A DNA stretch of 56,519 nucleotides, from NCBI RefSeq assembly GCF_003334815.1, contig NZ_QOWO01000027.1, one strand, 5' to 3'. Of this stretch, positions 22,161-35,638 are shown one piece after another; the stretch's first letter is position 1; each line of letters starts with the position of its first letter. Made by a program: the position numbers and the translations under genes. Below the pieces are notes generated by a model. That model was not told where the DNA came from. It saw only the letters and a program-made list of their open reading frames with translations, and did not search any database. Origin of the DNA: Escherichia coli (GTDB lineage: Bacteria; Pseudomonadota; Gammaproteobacteria; Enterobacterales; Enterobacteriaceae).

Positions 22161-23207
22161 ATGACACAACCAATGCCTGGGAAACCGGCCGAAGACGCTG
22201 AAAATGAACTGGATATTCGTGGGTTGTTTCGTACCTTGTGGGCTGGGAAGCTATGGATTATTGGCATGGGGCTGGCGTTTGCGTTAATCGCGCTGGCGTA
22301 TACGTTTTTTGCTCGTCAGGAGTGGAGCTCGACGGCGATTACCGATCGTCCAACGGTGAATATGCTGGGGGGATATTACTCGCAGCAGCAATTTTTGCGT
22401 AACCTGGATGTCCGTTCAAACATGGCTTCTGCCGACCAACCATCGGTCATGGACGAAGCCTATAAAGAGTTTGTTATGCAACTGGCCTCGTGGGATACCC
22501 GCAGAGAGTTCTGGCTGCAAACCGACTATTACAAACAGCGGATGGTGGGCAACAGCAAAGCCGATGCGGCGTTGCTGGATGAAATGATTAACAACATCCA
22601 GTTTATCCCCGGAGACTTTACCCGCGCGGTCAATGACAGCGTGAAGCTTATTGCCGAAACCGCGCCTGACGCTAATAACCTGTTACGTCAGTATGTTGCT
22701 TTTGCCAGCCAGCGTGCAGCCAGCCATCTGAATGATGAGCTGAAAGGCGCATGGGCGGCGCGTACCATCCAGATGAAAGCTCAGGTGAAGCGTCAGGAAG
22801 AGGTGGCGAAAGCCATCTACGACCGCCGGATGAACAGCATTGAGCAGGCGCTGAAAATTGCTGAGCAGCATAATATTTCGCGCAGTGCGACAGATGTACC
22901 TGCCGAGGAATTACCTGATTCAGAAATGTTCCTGCTTGGGCGTCCAATGCTTCAGGCTCGACTGGAAAATTTACAGGCCGTCGGTCCGGCCTTTGATCTC
23001 GACTATGATCAGAATCGGGCCATGTTAAACACCCTGAATGTTGGTCCAACCCTGGATCCGCGTTTTCAGACCTATCGCTATTTGCGTACGCCGGAAGAAC
23101 CGGTAAAACGCGATAGCCCACGTCGTGCCTTCCTGATGATTATGTGGGGCATTGTCGGGGGGCTGATCGGGGCTGGTGTCGCATTAACCCGCCGTTGCTC
23201 GAAATAG
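22161..23207 (+). CDS. wzzE: ECA polysaccharide chain-length modulation protein
   Basis: 348-aa ORF starting at ATG 22161 (a GTG lies one codon upstream), with N- and C-terminal transmembrane segments and a periplasmic coiled-coil region. Confidence 0.9.
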   Translation: MTQPMPGKPAEDAENELDIRGLFRTLWAGKLWIIGMGLAFALIALAYTFFARQEWSSTAITDRPTVNMLGGYYSQQQFLRNLDVRSNMASADQPSVMDEAYKEFVMQLASWDTRREFWLQTDYYKQRMVGNSKADAALLDEMINNIQFIPGDFTRAVNDSVKLIAETAPDANNLLRQYVAFASQRAASHLNDELKGAWAARTIQMKAQVKRQEEVAKAIYDRRMNSIEQALKIAEQHNISRSATDVPAEELPDSEMFLLGRPMLQARLENLQAVGPAFDLDYDQNRAMLNTLNVGPTLDPRFQTYRYLRTPEEPVKRDSPRRAFLMIMWGIVGGLIGAGVALTRRCSK

Positions 23208-23262
23208 CAACACTGCTGCGGTGAGCGCAAAGGCGCTCGCCGCTTATTCGAAGAGAATCGAT

Positions 23263-24393
23263 GTGAAAGTACTGACTGTATTTGGTACGCGCCCGGAAGC
23301 CATCAAGATGGCGCCGTTGGTGCATGCGTTGGCAAAAGATCCTTTTTTTGAGGCTAAAGTTTGCGTCACTGCGCAGCATCGGGAGATGCTCGATCAGGTG
23401 CTGAAACTCTTTTCCATTGTACCTGACTACGATCTCAACATAATGCAGCCAGGACAGGGCCTGACAGAGATAACCTGTCGGATTCTGGAAGGGCTAAAAC
23501 CTATTCTTGCCGAGTTCAAACCAGACGTCGTGCTGGTTCACGGCGATACGACGACGACGCTGGCAACCAGCCTGGCGGCGTTTTATCAGCGTATTCCTGT
23601 TGGTCACGTTGAGGCTGGTCTGCGCACGGGCGATCTCTATTCGCCGTGGCCGGAAGAGGCTAACCGTACATTGACCGGGCATCTGGCGATGTATCACTTC
23701 TCTCCAACCGAAACTTCCCGGCAAAACTTGCTGCGTGAAAACGTTGCGGATAGCCGAATCTTCATTACCGGTAATACAGTCATTGATGCACTGTTATGGG
23801 TGCGTGACCAGGTGATGAGCAGCGACAAGCTGCGTTCAGAACTGGCGGCAAATTACCCGTTTATCGACCCCGATAAAAAGATGATTCTGGTGACCGGTCA
23901 CAGGCGTGAGAGTTTCGGTCGTGGCTTTGAAGAAATCTGCCACGCGCTGGCAGACATCGCCACCACGCACCAGGACATCCAGATTGTCTATCCGGTGCAT
24001 CTCAACCCGAACGTCAGAGAGCCGGTCAATCGCATTCTGGGGCATGTGAAAAATGTCATTCTGATCGATCCCCAGGAGTATTTACCGTTTGTCTGGCTGA
24101 TGAACCACGCCTGGCTGATTTTGACCGACTCAGGCGGCATTCAGGAAGAAGCGCCTTCGCTGGGGAAACCTGTGCTGGTGATGCGCGATACCACTGAGCG
24201 TCCGGAAGCGGTGACGGCGGGTACGGTGCGTCTGGTAGGCACGGATAAGCAGCGAATTGTCGAGGAAGTGACGCGTCTTTTAAAAGACGAAAACGAATAT
24301 CAAGCTATGAGCCGCGCCCATAACCCGTATGGTGATGGTCAGGCATGCTCTCGCATTCTGGAAGCGTTAAAAAATAATCGGATATCACTATGA
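23263..24393 (+). CDS. wecB: UDP-N-acetylglucosamine 2-epimerase
   Basis: Track ORF is 390 aa; start placed at the in-frame GTG giving (M)[19 protein letters not shown]..., 376 aa. Confidence 0.92.
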   Translation: MKVLTVFGTRPEAIKMAPLVHALAKDPFFEAKVCVTAQHREMLDQVLKLFSIVPDYDLNIMQPGQGLTEITCRILEGLKPILAEFKPDVVLVHGDTTTTLATSLAAFYQRIPVGHVEAGLRTGDLYSPWPEEANRTLTGHLAMYHFSPTETSRQNLLRENVADSRIFITGNTVIDALLWVRDQVMSSDKLRSELAANYPFIDPDKKMILVTGHRRESFGRGFEEICHALADIATTHQDIQIVYPVHLNPNVREPVNRILGHVKNVILIDPQEYLPFVWLMNHAWLILTDSGGIQEEAPSLGKPVLVMRDTTERPEAVTAGTVRLVGTDKQRIVEEVTRLLKDENEYQAMSRAHNPYGDGQACSRILEALKNNRISL

Positions 24394-25652
24394 GTTTTGC
24401 GACCATTTCTGTTATCGGACTGGGTTATATCGGGCTGCCAACGGCAGCAGCGTTTGCCTCACGGCAAAAACAGGTAATTGGTGTCGATATCAACCAACAT
24501 GCGGTTGATACCATCAATCGTGGCGAAATCCATATCGTCGAACCTGATTTGGCGAGTGTAGTAAAAACTGCCGTAGAAGGCGGTTTTTTACGAGCGAGCA
24601 CGACGCCAGTTGAAGCGGATGCCTGGCTGATTGCTGTACCCACGCCGTTTAAGGGCGATCATGAGCCAGATATGACCTACGTTGAATCGGCTGCTCGCTC
24701 CATTGCGCCAGTGCTGAAAAAAGGCGCGCTGGTGATCCTTGAATCCACCTCGCCGGTGGGGTCAACCGAGAAGATGGCAGAATGGTTAGCAGAGATGCGT
24801 CCGGATCTCACTTTCCCGCAGCAGGTGGGCGAGCAGGCGGACGTCAACATTGCTTACTGCCCGGAACGCGTGTTACCAGGACAGGTAATGGTCGAGCTGA
24901 TTAAAAACGATCGCGTGATTGGTGGTATGACGCCGGTTTGTTCGGCCCGCGCCAGCGAACTGTACAAAATTTTCCTCGAAGGTGAGTGTGTCGTCACTAA
25001 CTCGCGGACGGCGGAAATGTGTAAGCTCACCGAAAACAGCTTCCGCGATGTGAATATCGCTTTTGCTAATGAATTGTCGCTGATTTGTGCCGATCAGGGG
25101 ATTAACGTCTGGGAACTGATTCGCCTGGCGAATCGTCACCCTCGCGTTAATATTCTTCAGCCTGGCCCTGGCGTGGGCGGTCACTGCATTGCTGTTGATC
25201 CGTGGTTTATCGTGGCACAGAACCCCCAGCAGGCGCGGCTTATCCGTACCGCGCGCGAAGTGAACGATCACAAACCGTTCTGGGTTATCGATCAGGTGAA
25301 AGCGGCGGTGGCTGATTGCCTGGCGGCTACCGATAAACGCGCCAGTGAACTGAAAATCGCCTGCTTTGGTCTGGCGTTTAAACCGAATATTGATGACCTG
25401 CGCGAAAGCCCGGCGATGGAAATCGCTGAACTGATCGCCCAGTGGCATAGCGGCGAAACTCTGGTTGTTGAGCCTAACATCCACCAGTTGCCGAAAAAAC
25501 TGACCGGGCTTTGTACTCTGGCGCAGCTTGACGAGGCGCTGGCAACGGCAGACGTGCTGGTGATGCTGGTCGATCATAGTCAGTTCAAAGTTATCAATGG
25601 CGACAATGTCCATCAGCAGTATGTCGTCGATGCCAAAGGAGTCTGGCGCTGA
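24390..25652 (+). CDS. wecC: UDP-N-acetyl-D-mannosamine dehydrogenase
   Basis: 420-aa ORF with an N-terminal Rossmann motif ([14 protein letters not shown]); its ATG overlaps the wecB stop (ATGA). Confidence 0.94.
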
Positions 25653-26719
25653 TGAGAAAAATTCTGATAACAGGTGGTGCCGGGTTTATTGGCTCGGCGC
25701 TGGTGCGTTATATCATCAACGAAACGAGCGACGCGGTGGTAGTGGTCGATAAGCTGACCTACGCCGGAAACCTGATGTCGCTGGCACCGGTCGCGCAAAG
25801 CGAGCGCTTTGCCTTTGAGAAAGTTGATATCTGCGATCGGGCAGAACTGGCACGCGTATTCACTGAGCATCAGCCAGACTGTGTCATGCATCTGGCAGCC
25901 GAAAGCCATGTTGACCGTTCTATTGACGGCCCGGCAGCGTTTATTGAAACCAACATTGTCGGGACTTATACATTGCTTGAAGCGGCGCGGGCTTACTGGA
26001 ATGCGCTGACGGAAGATAAAAAATCAGCGTTCCGTTTTCATCATATCTCCACTGACGAAGTATATGGTGACCTGCACTCGACGGATGATTTCTTCACCGA
26101 AACCACGCCGTATGCGCCGAGCAGCCCTTATTCCGCGTCAAAAGCCAGCAGCGACCATCTGGTGCGCGCCTGGCTGCGGACCTATGGTCTGCCGACGCTT
26201 ATCACCAACTGCTCGAATAACTACGGCCCTTACCACTTTCCGGAAAAACTGATCCCGCTGATGATCCTCAACGCGCTGGCGGGTAAATCGCTGCCGGTAT
26301 ATGGCAACGGGCAGCAAATCCGTGACTGGCTGTATGTGGAAGATCACGCCCGCGCGCTGTATTGCGTGGCGACCACCGGGAAAGTCGGTGAAACCTATAA
26401 TATTGGTGGTCACAACGAGCGTAAGAATCTCGATGTTGTGGAAACCATTTGCGAGCTGCTGGAAGAACTGGCTCCGAACAAGCCGCACGGCGTGGCGCAC
26501 TATCGTGACCTGATCACCTTTGTCGCTGACCGTCCGGGGCATGATCTGCGTTATGCCATTGATGCTTCGAAAATTGCCCGTGAACTTGGCTGGCTGCCGC
26601 AGGAAACCTTTGAAAGTGGAATGCGTAAAACGGTTCAGTGGTATCTGGCTAATGAAAGCTGGTGGAAGCAGGTGCAGGACGGCAGCTATCAGGGCGAGCG
26701 TTTAGGTCTGAAAGGCTAA
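25652..26719 (+). CDS. rffG: dTDP-glucose 4,6-dehydratase
   Basis: 355-aa ORF with an SDR motif (GGAGFIGS); start overlaps the wecC stop by 1 nt (TGATG). Confidence 0.94.
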
Positions 26720-26737
26720 TTTTCAGCGGAGGCAAAC

Positions 26738-27619
26738 ATGAAAGGTATTATCCTGGCGGGCGGTTCCGGCACCCGATTGCATCCGATTACGCGCGGCGTA
26801 TCGAAGCAACTGTTGCCGATTTACGATAAGCCAATGATTTACTATCCGCTGTCGGTGCTGATGCTGGCCGGTATCCGCGAAATTCTCATCATCACTACGC
26901 CGGAAGATAAAGGTTATTTCCAGCGCCTGCTGGGCGATGGTAGTGAGTTCGGTATCCAGCTGGAATATGCCGAACAGCCCAGCCCGGACGGTCTGGCGCA
27001 GGCCTTTATCATCGGTGAAACCTTCCTTAATGGTGAACCTTCTTGTCTGGTGCTGGGCGATAACATCTTCTTCGGTCAGGGCTTCAGTCCGAAGCTGCGT
27101 CATGTTGCGGCGCGCACCGAAGGGGCGACGGTTTTTGGCTATCAGGTGATGGACCCGGAACGCTTTGGCGTGGTGGAGTTTGACGACAATTTCCGCGCTA
27201 TCTCGCTGGAAGAAAAGCCAAAACAGCCGAAGTCAAACTGGGCGGTGACCGGGCTTTATTTCTACGACAGTAAAGTCGTGGAGTACGCAAAGCAGGTGAA
27301 GCCGTCGGAGCGTGGTGAACTGGAGATTACCTCCATCAACCAGATGTACCTCGAGGCGGGCAACCTGACCGTTGAACTGCTCGGGCGCGGATTTGCCTGG
27401 CTGGATACCGGCACTCACGACAGCCTGATTGAAGCCAGCACCTTTGTACAGACGGTGGAAAAACGCCAGGGCTTTAAGATTGCCTGCCTGGAAGAGATTG
27501 CCTGGCGTAACGGCTGGCTCGATGACGAGGGTGTGAAGCGTGCTGCCAGTTCATTAGCGAAAACTGGCTACGGCCAATATCTGCTGGAGTTACTTCGTGC
27601 CCGTCCGCGCCAGTATTGA
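26738..27619 (+). CDS. rffH: Glucose-1-phosphate thymidylyltransferase
   Basis: 293-aa [21 protein letters not shown]..., nucleotidyltransferase signature. Confidence 0.94.
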
Positions 27620-28271
27620 GCCACTAACCTGGGAAAACGCCTTCTTTGGTGTTAACAGCGCCATCGTGCGCATTACGTCTGAAGCACCGCTCCTGACGCC
27701 AGACGCGTTAGCGCCGTGGTCACGGGTGCAGGCCAAAATTGCGGCATCAAATACGGGTGAACTGGATGCCCTGCAACAGCTGGGATTCTCCCTGGTAGAA
27801 GGTGAAGTTGATTTGGCGCTACCCGTGAACAATGCCAGTGATAGCGGTGCTGTAGTGGCACAAGAGACCGATATTCCCGCATTACGTCAGTTAGCCAGCG
27901 CCGCATTTGCGCAAAGCCGTTTTCGTGCGCCGTGGTATGCGCCTGACGCCAGCAGTCGCTTTTATGCACAGTGGATTGAAAATGCCGTGCGCGGCACCTT
28001 TGATCATCAATGTCTGATTTTACGTGCGGCGTCCGGCGATATTCGCGGCTATGTCTCTTTACGGGAACTCAATGCGACAGATGCGCGAATTGGCCTGCTG
28101 GCTGGACGCGGTGCAGGTGCTGAGCTGATGCAAACGGCGCTAAACTGGGCGTATGCTCGCGGTAAAACAACTTTGCGGGTGGCGACCCAAATGGGCAACA
28201 CCGCCGCGCTTAAACGATACATACAAAGTGGTGCGAATGTAGAAAGCACCGCGTACTGGTTATACAGGTGA
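27597..28271 (+). CDS. wecD: dTDP-fucosamine acetyltransferase (GNAT)
   Basis: 224-aa ORF starting at GTG and overlapping the rffH 3' end by 23 nt; acetyltransferase-like C-terminal half. The start codon is uncertain. Confidence 0.8.
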
Positions 28272-28275
28272 TCAC

Positions 28276-29406
28276 ATGATTCCATTTAACGCACCGCCGG
28301 TGGTGGGAACCGAACTCGACTATATGCAGTCGGCAATGGGTAGCGGCAAACTGTGTGGCGATGGCGGTTTTACCCGTCGCTGCCAGCAGTGGCTGGAGCA
28401 ACGTTTTGGCAGCGCCAAAGTGTTACTGACGCCGTCCTGCACCGCTTCGCTGGAGATGGCGGCGCTGCTGCTCGATATCCAGCCTGGCGATGAAGTGATC
28501 ATGCCGAGCTACACCTTTGTCTCCACCGCCAATGCCTTTGTGCTGCGTGGCGCAAAAATCGTTTTTGTGGATGTTCGCCCGGACACCATGAACATCGACG
28601 AAACGCTGATTGAAGCGGCGATCACCGACAAAACGCGCGTTATCGTGCCGGTCCATTACGCGGGTGTGGCCTGCGAAATGGACACCATTATGGCGTTGGC
28701 GAAAAAGCATAATTTGTTTGTGGTAGAAGATGCCGCTCAGGGCGTGATGTCCACTTACAAAGGGCGTGCACTGGGAACCATTGGTCATATTGGCTGCTTT
28801 AGCTTCCATGAAACCAAAAACTACACGGCGGGCGGTGAAGGCGGCGCGACGCTGATTAACGATAAAGCGTTAATCGAACGAGCCGAGATCATCCGTGAAA
28901 AGGGCACTAACCGCAGCCAGTTCTTCCGTGGTCAGGTCGATAAATATACCTGGCGCGATATTGGCTCCAGCTATTTGATGTCCGATCTGCAAGCTGCATA
29001 CCTGTGGGCGCAACTGGAAGCAGCGGATCGTATCAACCAGCAACGTCTGGCGCTGTGGCAAAACTACTACGATGCGTTAGCGCCTCTGGCGAAAGCCGGG
29101 CGTATCGAGCTGCCGTCGATTCCCGATGGCTGCGTGCAGAACGCGCATATGTTCTACATTAAACTGCGGGATATTGATGACCGGAGCGCGTTGATTAACT
29201 TTCTGAAAGAAGCGGAAATCATGGCGGTGTTTCATTACATTCCGCTGCACGGTTGCCCTGCGGGGGAACACTTTGGTGAGTTCCACGGTGAAGATCGCTA
29301 CACCACCAAAGAGAGCGAGCGCCTGCTGCGCCTGCCGCTGTTCTACAACCTGTCGCCCGTCAATCAGCGTACGGTAATTGCGACTTTGTTGAACTACTTT
29401 TCCTGA
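28276..29406 (+). CDS. wecE: dTDP-4-amino-4,6-dideoxygalactose transaminase
   Basis: 376-aa ORF of the DegT/DnrJ/EryC1 PLP-dependent aminotransferase family. Confidence 0.94.
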   Translation: MIPFNAPPVVGTELDYMQSAMGSGKLCGDGGFTRRCQQWLEQRFGSAKVLLTPSCTASLEMAALLLDIQPGDEVIMPSYTFVSTANAFVLRGAKIVFVDVRPDTMNIDETLIEAAITDKTRVIVPVHYAGVACEMDTIMALAKKHNLFVVEDAAQGVMSTYKGRALGTIGHIGCFSFHETKNYTAGGEGGATLINDKALIERAEIIREKGTNRSQFFRGQVDKYTWRDIGSSYLMSDLQAAYLWAQLEAADRINQQRLALWQNYYDALAPLAKAGRIELPSIPDGCVQNAHMFYIKLRDIDDRSALINFLKEAEIMAVFHYIPLHGCPAGEHFGEFHGEDRYTTKESERLLRLPLFYNLSPVNQRTVIATLLNYFS

Positions 29407-29407
29407 T

Positions 29408-30658
29408 ATGTCGTTGGCAAAAGCGTCCTTGTGGACGGCGGCCAGTACACTGGTCAAGATTGGTGCCGGGTTACTGGTCGGTAAGTTGCTGGCGGTGTCA
29501 TTTGGTCCGGCGGGGCTTGGGCTGGCGGCAAATTTCCGCCAGTTGATTACCGTGCTCGGCGTGCTTGCCGGGGCTGGCATCTTTAACGGTGTAACCAAAT
29601 ACGTTGCCCAGTACCATGATAATCCGCAACAGCTGCGCCGCGTGGTCGGCACTTCATCAGCGATGGTACTTGGTTTCTCTACGCTGATGGCGCTGGTTTT
29701 TGTGCTGGCAGCTGCGCCAATCAGCCAGGGATTGTTTGGTAATACCGACTATCAGGGGCTGGTGCGTTTAGTGGCGCTGGTGCAAATGGGGATCGCCTGG
29801 GGCAACCTGTTACTGGCGCTGATGAAAGGCTTTCGCGATGCCGCAGGTAATGCGTTATCGCTGATTGTCGGCAGCTTGATTGGCGTTCTCGCGTACTACG
29901 TCAGTTACCGTTTGGGCGGTTATGAAGGGGCGTTGCTGGGTCTGGCGCTGATTCCCGCGCTGGTGGTAATTCCTGCCGCCATCATGTTGATCAAACGTGG
30001 TGTCATCCCGTTAAGCTATCTGAAACCCAGCTGGGATAACGGTCTGGCAGGGCAGTTGAGCAAATTTACGCTCATGGCGTTGATTACGTCGGTGACCTTG
30101 CCTGTTGCTTACATCATGATGCGTAAACTGCTGGCGGCGCAGTATAGCTGGGATGAGGTGGGGATCTGGCAAGGGGTGAGCAGTATTTCCGATGCCTACC
30201 TGCAATTTATTACGGCATCGTTCAGCGTATATTTGCTGCCCACGTTGTCGCGGCTAACGGAAAAGCGCGATATCACCCGGGAAGTGGTTAAATCGCTGAA
30301 ATTCGTCTTACCGGCAGTGGCGGCGGCGAGTTTTACCGTCTGGCTGCTGCGTGATTTTGCTATCTGGCTGCTGTTGTCGAATAAATTTACCGCTATGCGC
30401 GATCTCTTTGCCTGGCAGTTAGTGGGTGATGTGTTAAAAGTGGGCGCTTATGTCTTTGGTTATCTGGTGATCGCCAAAGCGTCACTGCGGTTTTATATTC
30501 TGGCGGAAGTCAGCCAGTTCACTTTATTGATGGTATTTGCCCACTGGCTAATCCCTGCGCATGGTGCACTGGGCGCGGCGCAGGCATATATGGCAACTTA
30601 TATCGTCTATTTTTCTCTTTGTTGTGGCGTGTTTTTACTCTGGCGTAGGCGGGCATGA
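29408..30658 (+). CDS. wzxE: ECA lipid III flippase
   Basis: 416-aa polytopic membrane ORF of the Wzx/MOP family, starting 2 nt after the wecE stop. Confidence 0.93.
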   Translation: MSLAKASLWTAASTLVKIGAGLLVGKLLAVSFGPAGLGLAANFRQLITVLGVLAGAGIFNGVTKYVAQYHDNPQQLRRVVGTSSAMVLGFSTLMALVFVLAAAPISQGLFGNTDYQGLVRLVALVQMGIAWGNLLLALMKGFRDAAGNALSLIVGSLIGVLAYYVSYRLGGYEGALLGLALIPALVVIPAAIMLIKRGVIPLSYLKPSWDNGLAGQLSKFTLMALITSVTLPVAYIMMRKLLAAQYSWDEVGIWQGVSSISDAYLQFITASFSVYLLPTLSRLTEKRDITREVVKSLKFVLPAVAAASFTVWLLRDFAIWLLLSNKFTAMRDLFAWQLVGDVLKVGAYVFGYLVIAKASLRFYILAEVSQFTLLMVFAHWLIPAHGALGAAQAYMATYIVYFSLCCGVFLLWRRRA

Positions 30659-31734
30659 CTGTACTGATTCACGTACTGGGATCGGATATCCCTCACCATA
30701 ACCGAACCGTTTTGCGGTTTTTCAATGACGCGCTGGCCGCGACGAGCGAGCACGCGCGCGAGTTTATGGTTGTTGGCAAGGACGACGGCTTAAGTGATAG
30801 CTGTCCGGCGCTTTCTGTGCAATTTTTCCCTGGGAAAAAATCGCTGGCGGAAGCGGTCATCGCGAAAGCAAAAGCTAACCGTCAGCAGCGTTTTTTCTTC
30901 CACGGTCAGTTCAATCCCACACTGTGGCTGGCTCTGCTGAGTGGTGGCATTAAGCCCAGCCAGTTTTTCTGGCATATCTGGGGGGCAGACCTGTATGAGC
31001 TTTCCAGTGGCTTGAGATATAAGCTTTTTTACCCACTACGTCGCCTGGCGCAAAAGCGAGTCGGCTGTGTATTTGCCACCCGCGGCGATTTGAACTTTTT
31101 TGCCAAAACGCACCCAAAGGTGCGGGGCGAACTGCTGTTCTTCCCGACGCGGATGGACCCTTCGCTCAATACGATGGCGAACGATCGGCAACGTGAAGGG
31201 AAAATGACCATTCTGGTGGGGAACTCCGGCGACCGCAGCAATGAGCATATTGCTGCCTTGCGCGCCGTTCATCAGCAATTTGGCGATACGGTAAAAGTGG
31301 TGGTGCCGATGGGATATCCGCCTAATAACGAAGCGTACATTGAGGAAGTTCGTCAGGCGGGGCTGGAGTTATTCAGCGAAGAAAATCTACAAATTCTGAG
31401 CGAAAAACTGGAATTTGACGCCTATCTGGCGCTACTTCGTCAGTGCGATCTTGGTTACTTTATTTTTGCCCGCCAGCAGGGCATTGGTACGCTGTGCTTA
31501 CTGATTCAGGCGGGCATTCCTTGTGTGCTTAACCGGGAAAATCCGTTCTGGCAGGATATGACGGAACAACATTTGCCGGTGCTGTTTACTACCGACGATC
31601 TCAACGAGGATATTGTGCGTGAAGCGCAGCGCCAGTTGGCGTCGGTGGATAAAAACACCATTGCCTTCTTTAGCCCTAACTATCTACAAGGCTGGCAGCG
31701 GGCGTTGGCGATTGCCGCCGGGGAGGTCGCATGA
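30655..31734 (+). CDS. wecF: dTDP-Fuc4NAc:lipid II 4-alpha-L-fucosaminyltransferase
   Basis: 359-aa ORF whose start overlaps the wzxE stop (ATGA). Confidence 0.93.
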   Translation: MTVLIHVLGSDIPHHNRTVLRFFNDALAATSEHAREFMVVGKDDGLSDSCPALSVQFFPGKKSLAEAVIAKAKANRQQRFFFHGQFNPTLWLALLSGGIKPSQFFWHIWGADLYELSSGLRYKLFYPLRRLAQKRVGCVFATRGDLNFFAKTHPKVRGELLFFPTRMDPSLNTMANDRQREGKMTILVGNSGDRSNEHIAALRAVHQQFGDTVKVVVPMGYPPNNEAYIEEVRQAGLELFSEENLQILSEKLEFDAYLALLRQCDLGYFIFARQQGIGTLCLLIQAGIPCVLNRENPFWQDMTEQHLPVLFTTDDLNEDIVREAQRQLASVDKNTIAFFSPNYLQGWQRALAIAAGEVA

Positions 31735-33083
31735 GTCTGCTGCAATTCAGTGGCCTGTTTGTTGTCTGGCTGCTCTGCACGCTGTTTATTGCCACGCTGA
31801 CCTGGTTTGAGTTTCGCCGTGTGCGCTTTAACTTCAATGTCTTCTTTTCATTGCTGTTTTTGCTCACCTTTTTCTTCGGCTTCCCGCTGACCAGCGTGCT
31901 GGTATTTCGCTTTGATGTTGGTGTCGCGCCGCCAGAAATCTTGTTGCAGGCGTTGCTTTCTGCGGGCTGCTTCTACGCGGTTTACTATGTCACCTACAAA
32001 ACCCGCCTACGCAAACGCGTTGCTGATGTACCGCGCCGTCCGCTGTTTACCATGAACCGCGTGGAGACCAATCTTACGTGGGTGATCCTGATGGGTATCG
32101 CGCTGGTAAGCGTCGGCATCTTCTTCATGCACAACGGCTTTTTGCTGTTCCGGCTTAACTCCTACAGTCAGATCTTTTCCAGTGAAGTCTCCGGCGTGGC
32201 GTTAAAACGCTTCTTTTACTTTTTCATCCCGGCGATGCTGGTGGTCTACTTTCTGCGCCAGGACAGCAAAGCGTGGCTGTTTTTCCTCGTCAGCACGGTC
32301 GCCTTTGGCTTGCTGACTTATATGATTGTCGGCGGCACTCGCGCCAATATCATCATCGCATTCGCTATCTTCCTGTTTATTGGCATTATTCGCGGCTGGA
32401 TTTCGTTGTGGATGCTGGCGGCGGCGGGCGTGCTGGGGATTGTTGGCATGTTCTGGCTGGCACTAAAACGCTATGGAATGAATGTGAGCGGCGATGAAGC
32501 GTTCTATACGTTTCTCTATCTCACTCGCGACACCTTCTCGCCGTGGGAGAATCTGGCGTTGCTGTTGCAGAACTACGACAACATCGACTTCCAGGGCCTG
32601 GCTCCAATTGTCCGCGATTTCTATGTCTTTATCCCTTCCTGGCTGTGGCCGGGTCGCCCGAGTATGGTGCTGAACTCAGCCAACTACTTTACCTGGGAAG
32701 TGCTGAATAACCACTCCGGACTGGCGATCTCGCCTACGCTTATAGGCTCACTGGTGGTGATGGGCGGCGCGTTGTTCATCCCGCTCGGGGCGATCGTGGT
32801 TGGTCTGATCATCAAATGGTTCGACTGGCTGTATGAGCTGGGCAACCGCGAGCCTAATCGCTATAAAGCTGCGATATTGCACAGTTTCTGCTTTGGGGCG
32901 ATCTTCAATATGATCGTGCTGGCGCGTGAAGGGCTGGATTCGTTTGTCTCACGCGTGGTCTTTTTTATCGTGGTCTTCGGCGCATGTCTGATGATCGCAA
33001 AACTGTTGTACTGGCTTTTTGAAAGCGCCGGACTCATTCATAAACGTACAAAATCATCGCTCCGGACGCAGGTTGAAGGATAA
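31731..33083 (+). CDS. wzyE: ECA polymerase
   Basis: 450-aa highly hydrophobic multi-pass ORF whose start overlaps the wecF stop (ATGA). Confidence 0.93.
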   Translation: MSLLQFSGLFVVWLLCTLFIATLTWFEFRRVRFNFNVFFSLLFLLTFFFGFPLTSVLVFRFDVGVAPPEILLQALLSAGCFYAVYYVTYKTRLRKRVADVPRRPLFTMNRVETNLTWVILMGIALVSVGIFFMHNGFLLFRLNSYSQIFSSEVSGVALKRFFYFFIPAMLVVYFLRQDSKAWLFFLVSTVAFGLLTYMIVGGTRANIIIAFAIFLFIGIIRGWISLWMLAAAGVLGIVGMFWLALKRYGMNVSGDEAFYTFLYLTRDTFSPWENLALLLQNYDNIDFQGLAPIVRDFYVFIPSWLWPGRPSMVLNSANYFTWEVLNNHSGLAISPTLIGSLVVMGGALFIPLGAIVVGLIIKWFDWLYELGNREPNRYKAAILHSFCFGAIFNMIVLAREGLDSFVSRVVFFIVVFGACLMIAKLLYWLFESAGLIHKRTKSSLRTQVEG

Positions 33084-33085
33084 CA

Positions 33086-33826
33086 ATGAATAACAACACC
33101 ACGGCACCAACCTATACGCTGCGTGGCTTACAGTTGATTGGTTGGCGTGATATGCAGCACGCCCTCGATTATCTGTTTGCTGACGGGCAGCTTAAGCAGG
33201 GAACGCTGGTTGCCATTAATGCTGAAAAAATGCTGACTATTGAAGATAACGCCGAGGTCAGGGAGTTAATTAACGCTGCCGAATTTAAATATGCGGATGG
33301 CATCAGCGTTGTACGTTCAGTACGTAAAAAGTACCCGCAGGCGCAGGTTTCCCGCGTTGCCGGTGCCGATCTCTGGGAAGAGCTGATGGCGCGCGCAGGC
33401 AAAGAAGGGACGCCGGTATTTCTTGTGGGCGGTAAACCTGAAGTGCTGGCGCAAACTGAAGCTAAACTGCGCAACCAGTGGAATGTGAATATCGTTGGCA
33501 GTCAGGATGGTTATTTTAAACCCGAGCAGCGTCAGGCGCTGTTTGAACGCATTCATGCCAGCGGTGCGCAAATCGTCACCGTTGCGATGGGATCGCCAAA
33601 GCAGGAGATCATCATGCGCGACTGCCGTCTGGTACATCCAGATGCGCTGTATATGGGCGTTGGCGGGACTTACGATGTTTTCACCGGTCACGTAAAACGC
33701 GCACCGAAAATCTGGCAAACGCTGGGGCTGGAGTGGCTCTACCGCCTGCTTTCGCAGCCGAGCCGCATTAAGCGTCAGCTTCGTTTGCTGCGTTATTTAC
33801 GCTGGCACTACACCGGCAACCTATGA
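33086..33826 (+). CDS. wecG: UDP-ManNAcA:lipid I ManNAcA transferase
   Basis: 246-aa ORF of the WecB/TagA/CpsF glycosyltransferase family; last gene of the ECA cluster. Confidence 0.93.
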   Translation: MNNNTTAPTYTLRGLQLIGWRDMQHALDYLFADGQLKQGTLVAINAEKMLTIEDNAEVRELINAAEFKYADGISVVRSVRKKYPQAQVSRVAGADLWEELMARAGKEGTPVFLVGGKPEVLAQTEAKLRNQWNVNIVGSQDGYFKPEQRQALFERIHASGAQIVTVAMGSPKQEIIMRDCRLVHPDALYMGVGGTYDVFTGHVKRAPKIWQTLGLEWLYRLLSQPSRIKRQLRLLRYLRWHYTGNL

Positions 33827-33844
33827 TTTTCCTCTCTTTGTAAA

Positions 33845-33884
33845 GCGACGGAGTGGTCACTCCGTCGCCTGTCTGCTTTTTTAT
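33845..33884 (+). terminator. Rho-independent terminator ending the wec operon
   Basis: gcgacggagtg-gtc-actccgtcgc hairpin followed by ctgtctgcttttttatt. Confidence 0.75.
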
Positions 33885-34016
33885 TACACAAAGCATTCAA
33901 ATTTTTAATGCTTTATTTGCCATTTCTCCTGAATTACGAAAACATTTGCAACACTCGATGTACCCATAACGATAACCGGTAACACCGGAAAGCATGCAAA
34001 CACAACACGAGGATTT

Positions 34017-35402
34017 ATGGCAGATAACAAACCAGAGCTACAGCGTGGGCTGGAAGCTCGACATATCGAACTCATCGCCCTGGGGGGCACCATTGGCGTC
34101 GGCCTGTTTATGGGGGCCGCCAGTACCCTGAAATGGGCCGGGCCATCCGTATTGTTGGCCTATATCATCGCCGGGCTGTTCGTCTTTTTCATCATGCGTT
34201 CAATGGGCGAAATGTTGTTCCTCGAACCGGTTACCGGTTCGTTCGCCGTTTATGCGCATCGTTATATGAGCCCGTTCTTTGGCTATCTCACCGCCTGGTC
34301 TTACTGGTTTATGTGGATGGCGGTGGGGATCTCTGAAATCACCGCCATTGGCGTTTATGTCCAGTTCTGGTTCCCGGAGATGGCGCAGTGGATACCCGCA
34401 TTGATCGCAGTGGCGCTGGTGGCGTTGGCGAATCTGGCGGCGGTGCGGTTGTACGGCGAAATCGAGTTCTGGTTCGCGATGATCAAAGTCACCACGATTA
34501 TCGTGATGATTGTCATTGGCCTGGGCGTGATTTTCTTTGGCTTTGGCAATGGCGGGCAGTCGATTGGTTTTAGCAATCTCACAGAGCATGGCGGTTTCTT
34601 TGCGGGTGGCTGGAAAGGGTTCCTGACCGCTCTGTGTATTGTGGTGGCGTCCTACCAGGGCGTGGAGCTGATTGGCATTACTGCCGGTGAAGCGAAGAAT
34701 CCGCAGGTGACGCTGCGCAGTGCCGTAGGCAAGGTGCTGTGGCGGATCCTGATTTTCTACGTAGGCGCGATTTTCGTTATCGTCACCATCTTCCCGTGGA
34801 ATGAAATAGGCAGCAACGGCAGCCCGTTCGTACTGACTTTTGCCAAAATCGGTATTACCGCAGCGGCGGGCATTATCAACTTTGTGGTGCTGACGGCTGC
34901 GCTCTCTGGCTGTAACAGCGGCATGTACAGTTGCGGACGTATGCTCTACGCACTGGCGAAAAACCGTCAGTTACCGGCGGCAATGGCGAAAGTTTCCCGT
35001 CACGGCGTACCGGTTGCGGGTGTGGCAGTATCTATTGCTATTCTGCTAATTGGCTCATGCCTGAACTACATCATTCCCAATCCGCAGCGTGTGTTTGTCT
35101 ACGTCTACAGTGCCAGCGTGCTTCCGGGGATGGTGCCATGGTTTGTGATATTGATAAGCCAGCTGCGTTTTCGGCGTGCACATAAAGCGGCGATTGCCAG
35201 CCATCCGTTCCGCTCAATCCTGTTCCCGTGGGCCAATTACGTAACAATGGCATTCCTGATTTGCGTTTTGATCGGCATGTACTTTAATGAAGATACGCGT
35301 ATGTCGCTGTTTGTTGGCATCATCTTTATGCTGGCGGTGACGGCGATTTATAAAGTTTTTGGCCTTAATCGCCACGGGAAAGCGCATAAACTGGAGGAAT
35401 AA
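34017..35402 (+). CDS. yifK: APC-family amino acid permease YifK
   Basis: 461-aa, 12-TM-like ORF with the amino acid permease N-terminal signature ([20 protein letters not shown]). Confidence 0.93.
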
Positions 35403-35504
35403 GCAGCAAAACGCACAAACCGTAACCAAACGCGCAATTTATTTAAAAAGGGACTAGACAGAGGGGTGGGAAGTCCGTATTATCCACCCCCGCAACGGCG
35501 CTAA

Positions 35505-35581
<77 letters not shown>

Positions 35582-35638
35582 TTTAGTCCCGGCGCTTGAG
35601 CTGCGGTGGTAGTAATACCGCGTAACAAGATTTGTAGT

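Noticed and set aside
24873-25613. 246-aa minus-strand ORF antisense to wecC
   Set aside because: Embedded antisense in a conserved dehydrogenase gene; no supporting signals.
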